Shown here in pieces: positions 61,824 to 64,000 of a stretch of 64,000 nt of DNA; position 1 is the stretch's first letter; every line of letters begins with the position of its first letter. The notes under the pieces were generated by a model that saw only the letters and a list, made by a program, of their open reading frames with translations, was not told the origin of the DNA and made no database searches. Where the stretch lies: the NCBI GenBank assembly GCA_009912235.1, contig WNDS01000003.1, positions 719,634 to 783,633 of the forward strand, in the 5' to 3' direction. This stretch comes from Stenotrophomonas maltophilia (lineage in GTDB: Bacteria; Pseudomonadota; Gammaproteobacteria; Xanthomonadales; Xanthomonadaceae). The translations under genes and the position numbers were made by a program.

Positions 61824-63257
61824 CTACCAGCTGCCCGACGCGCCACCACCGCCACTGCTGCCGCCGCCACCGGACCATCCGCCTGAGGAACTGCTGGGCG
61901 ATCCACTGGAGCGGCTCGACGAGCTGCCACCGCCCGCCGTCCATCGGCCGCCTTTCTGCCATGAGGTCATGCCCAGCACCCAGGCGAAGTAGAGGAAGAA
62001 GCTGCCGACCACCGACAGGATGATCGCCAGCGTGTGGCCTTCTTCGGCGGTGGCGGCGGTGGCGGAAGGGTACCACACCAGCAGGGCATAGCCGACCGTC
62101 AGCAGCGCCAGAACGCCCGCGCGCACGATGAAACTGCGCCGGCTCTCGCGCCAGCGCGCCAGGCAGGCGCTGACCAGGAAGCCCACCAACATCGCCGCGA
62201 TGCCCACGGCCAGGTTGACCACCGTGTGCAGCACAAGGGCCGGCGCCGGCTGCCCCAGCACCAGCATGACCGCAGCGAACACGGTGCTGGTGGCCAGCAG
62301 GGCGTACAGGCCGATGCGAAGCCCACGCGCGCGCCGCCACAACCACCCCAGCAGCGTCGCCACGGGCACCGCGGTGCCGAGGACGAAGACAAATGCCAGC
62401 CACTGCCCGGGCAACCACGCGGCGATTGCCCACACCGCACCGCCAATCACCGCCACGTCAGCCAAGGGGCGCCGCCACCACGGCGAGTGCCGGCCGCCTG
62501 CAGGTGTTGAACGGGCCCCGCGCCGGCCACGGCGGCGGCGCTGCGGCGTACGTTCCTGCTGCCGCGCATCGGCCTGCGCCTGCGTGGGCGAGAACAGCAG
62601 GCCGATGGCAGAGCCGGCCAGCAGCGCCGCCAACACCCACGTGTCGACAGGCCCCCAGTACGAGGGCAGTACGTTGCGCGACGGCGCCTGCAGCGGCGGC
62701 AAGGGCTCACCGTCCACCAGCCGGACCAGCAGTGCCGTGCCGTCCACCACGCCCTGATCGATGTCTCCCTCGCGGAAACGCGGCAGCACGGCCCCTTCGA
62801 TGATGCGCCGCGCGTAGGCATCCGGAATCGCACCTTCCAGCCCGTAGCCGGTCTGGATGCGCACGCGCCGGTCCTTCACCGCCACCAGCATCAGTACGCC
62901 GTCGTCGATCCCCGCCCGGCCCAGCGCCCATTGGTCGAATACACGCTGCGCGTAGGCTTCGATGCCATCGGCACCGGCATGGTCCACCAGCAGCACCTGC
63001 AACTGCGCGCCCTTGCGTGCCTGCAGGTCGTAAGCCTGCTGGCGCAGGTGGCCGGCGGCCTCTGCCGACAGCGCACCTGCGCTGTCCACCACCGGGTCGC
63101 GCAGTTCGGGAATGGGACTGGCTGCCTGTGCGGCCGCCAGGGGGCAGCAGGGTGCACAGGACGGCCAGGGGCAGCAGCCACCACGGTGTGGGGCGGCGGC
63201 GCGATGCAAGGGCAGAGTCCATGCCGGCAGCATGCCGCAACTGCGCCGTGGCGGCAA
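61824..63257 (-). CDS. TPM-domain membrane protein (YgcG-like), start uncertain
   Basis: DDGVLMLVA..DRRVRI.TGYGLEGAIPD; C-terminal GGGGSSGGGGASGSW. Confidence 0.82.
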   Translation of the reverse strand: MPPRRSCGMLPAWTLPLHRAAAPHRGGCCPWPSCAPCCPLAAAQAASPIPELRDPVVDSAGALSAEAAGHLRQQAYDLQARKGAQLQVLLVDHAGADGIEAYAQRVFDQWALGRAGIDDGVLMLVAVKDRRVRIQTGYGLEGAIPDAYARRIIEGAVLPRFREGDIDQGVVDGTALLVRLVDGEPLPPLQAPSRNVLPSYWGPVDTWVLAALLAGSAIGLLFSPTQAQADARQQERTPQRRRRGRRGARSTPAGGRHSPWWRRPLADVAVIGGAVWAIAAWLPGQWLAFVFVLGTAVPVATLLGWLWRRARGLRIGLYALLATSTVFAAVMLVLGQPAPALVLHTVVNLAVGIAAMLVGFLVSACLARWRESRRSFIVRAGVLALLTVGYALLVWYPSATAATAEEGHTLAIILSVVGSFFLYFAWVLGMTSWQKGGRWTAGGGSSSSRSSGSPSSSSGGWSGGGGSSGGGGASGSW

Positions 63258-63260
63258 AGG

Positions 63261-64000
63261 TCAGTGGACCGGCTTCGGCGCCTGCACCACCAGGCGCGAC
63301 AGGCGCAGCAGGTCCTTGTCATGCACGGTCAGCGCATCCAGGAATAGGTTCGCAACTGCACGCGGATCATGCCGCTTCGGCAGCACCTGCAGCAGCGCCG
63401 AGGCCGTATCGACCACCGCGGGGGTGAAGCCGGCGTTGACGCCACGCTGCACGATCAGCGTCGCGCCGTCGCGCAGCCACTGGGTGATCTTCCTTTCCCA
63501 GCTGACGTTGAGTGCGGTCACGATGCGCTGGTGCTCATGCGGCTGGCCCAGCCCGATGTTGAACGCCGCCAGTGCATCCTCCGCTTCGGGCAGCGGCACC
63601 CACCATTCGGACCGTCCCAGGTGCATCGCGTTGGGCGCCCAGCCGTTGGCGTGCAGGTAGGTGCTGCAGCCGAAGCAGGACGACAGCTTGTGCGTGTTGC
63701 GGCCCAGCCCCAGATCGAAGGGGCGCCCATCGGGGAAATTGCACGCAGCCTGGCCCACGGCCCAGACCATGCCATGGCAGTAGCCGCACACGTGTTCCTT
63801 GCCATTCCACTGGGCAATCAGGCCGGTGGGTTCGATGGAGCCGGCCTGCTTGGGGGATGCACGCAGGGCATCGGCCGGCTTGCTGTCGTAGCCGATCAGG
63901 CCGTGGTACGGCACGCCGCGCAGCCAGCGGCCGCCTTCGTCGTCGGCGTCCAGCAACCGGCGCACCGAGCTGATCACCAGCGCCTGGGTGTTGGCCTTGT
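63261..64000 (-). CDS. Hypothetical protein, 5' end outside window
   Basis: Frame open to the window edge; contains CGYCHG and SSCFGC. Confidence 0.65.
   Translation of the reverse strand, partial: KANTQALVISSVRRLLDADDEGGRWLRGVPYHGLIGYDSKPADALRASPKQAGSIEPTGLIAQWNGKEHVCGYCHGMVWAVGQAACNFPDGRPFDLGLGRNTHKLSSCFGCSTYLHANGWAPNAMHLGRSEWWVPLPEAEDALAAFNIGLGQPHEHQRIVTALNVSWERKITQWLRDGATLIVQRGVNAGFTPAVVDTASALLQVLPKRHDPRAVANLFLDALTVHDKDLLRLSRLVVQAPKPVH

Overview
High-GC Xanthomonadaceae chromosome segment, most likely Stenotrophomonas (GTAG/SMAG-type REPs; speA-speE-lpxO-glnK-ubiK...comM order). The main finding is a lower-GC island (~19.3-29.6 kb) between ubiK and comM. It holds six consecutive minus-strand ORF pieces (27983->20473) that join, by hand translation across four same-direction frameshifts and one in-frame TGA, into one ~2,500-aa protein. 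Its domain order is CHC2 zinc finger + DnaG TOPRIM primase, reverse transcriptase, a long linker with a possible kinase-like segment, and a nitrilase (E-K-C triad). This looks like a UG/Abi class-3 (DRT1-related) anti-phage RT carrying its own DnaG-type primase. Around it lie a 180-aa orphan gene, candidate structured RNAs, a C4-type antisense module and an orphan integron attC. Second, the window shows heavy gene decay: about 15 of ~50 genes carry nonsense, frameshift or deletion lesions. All calls come from motif recognition and manual translation; no searches were run.
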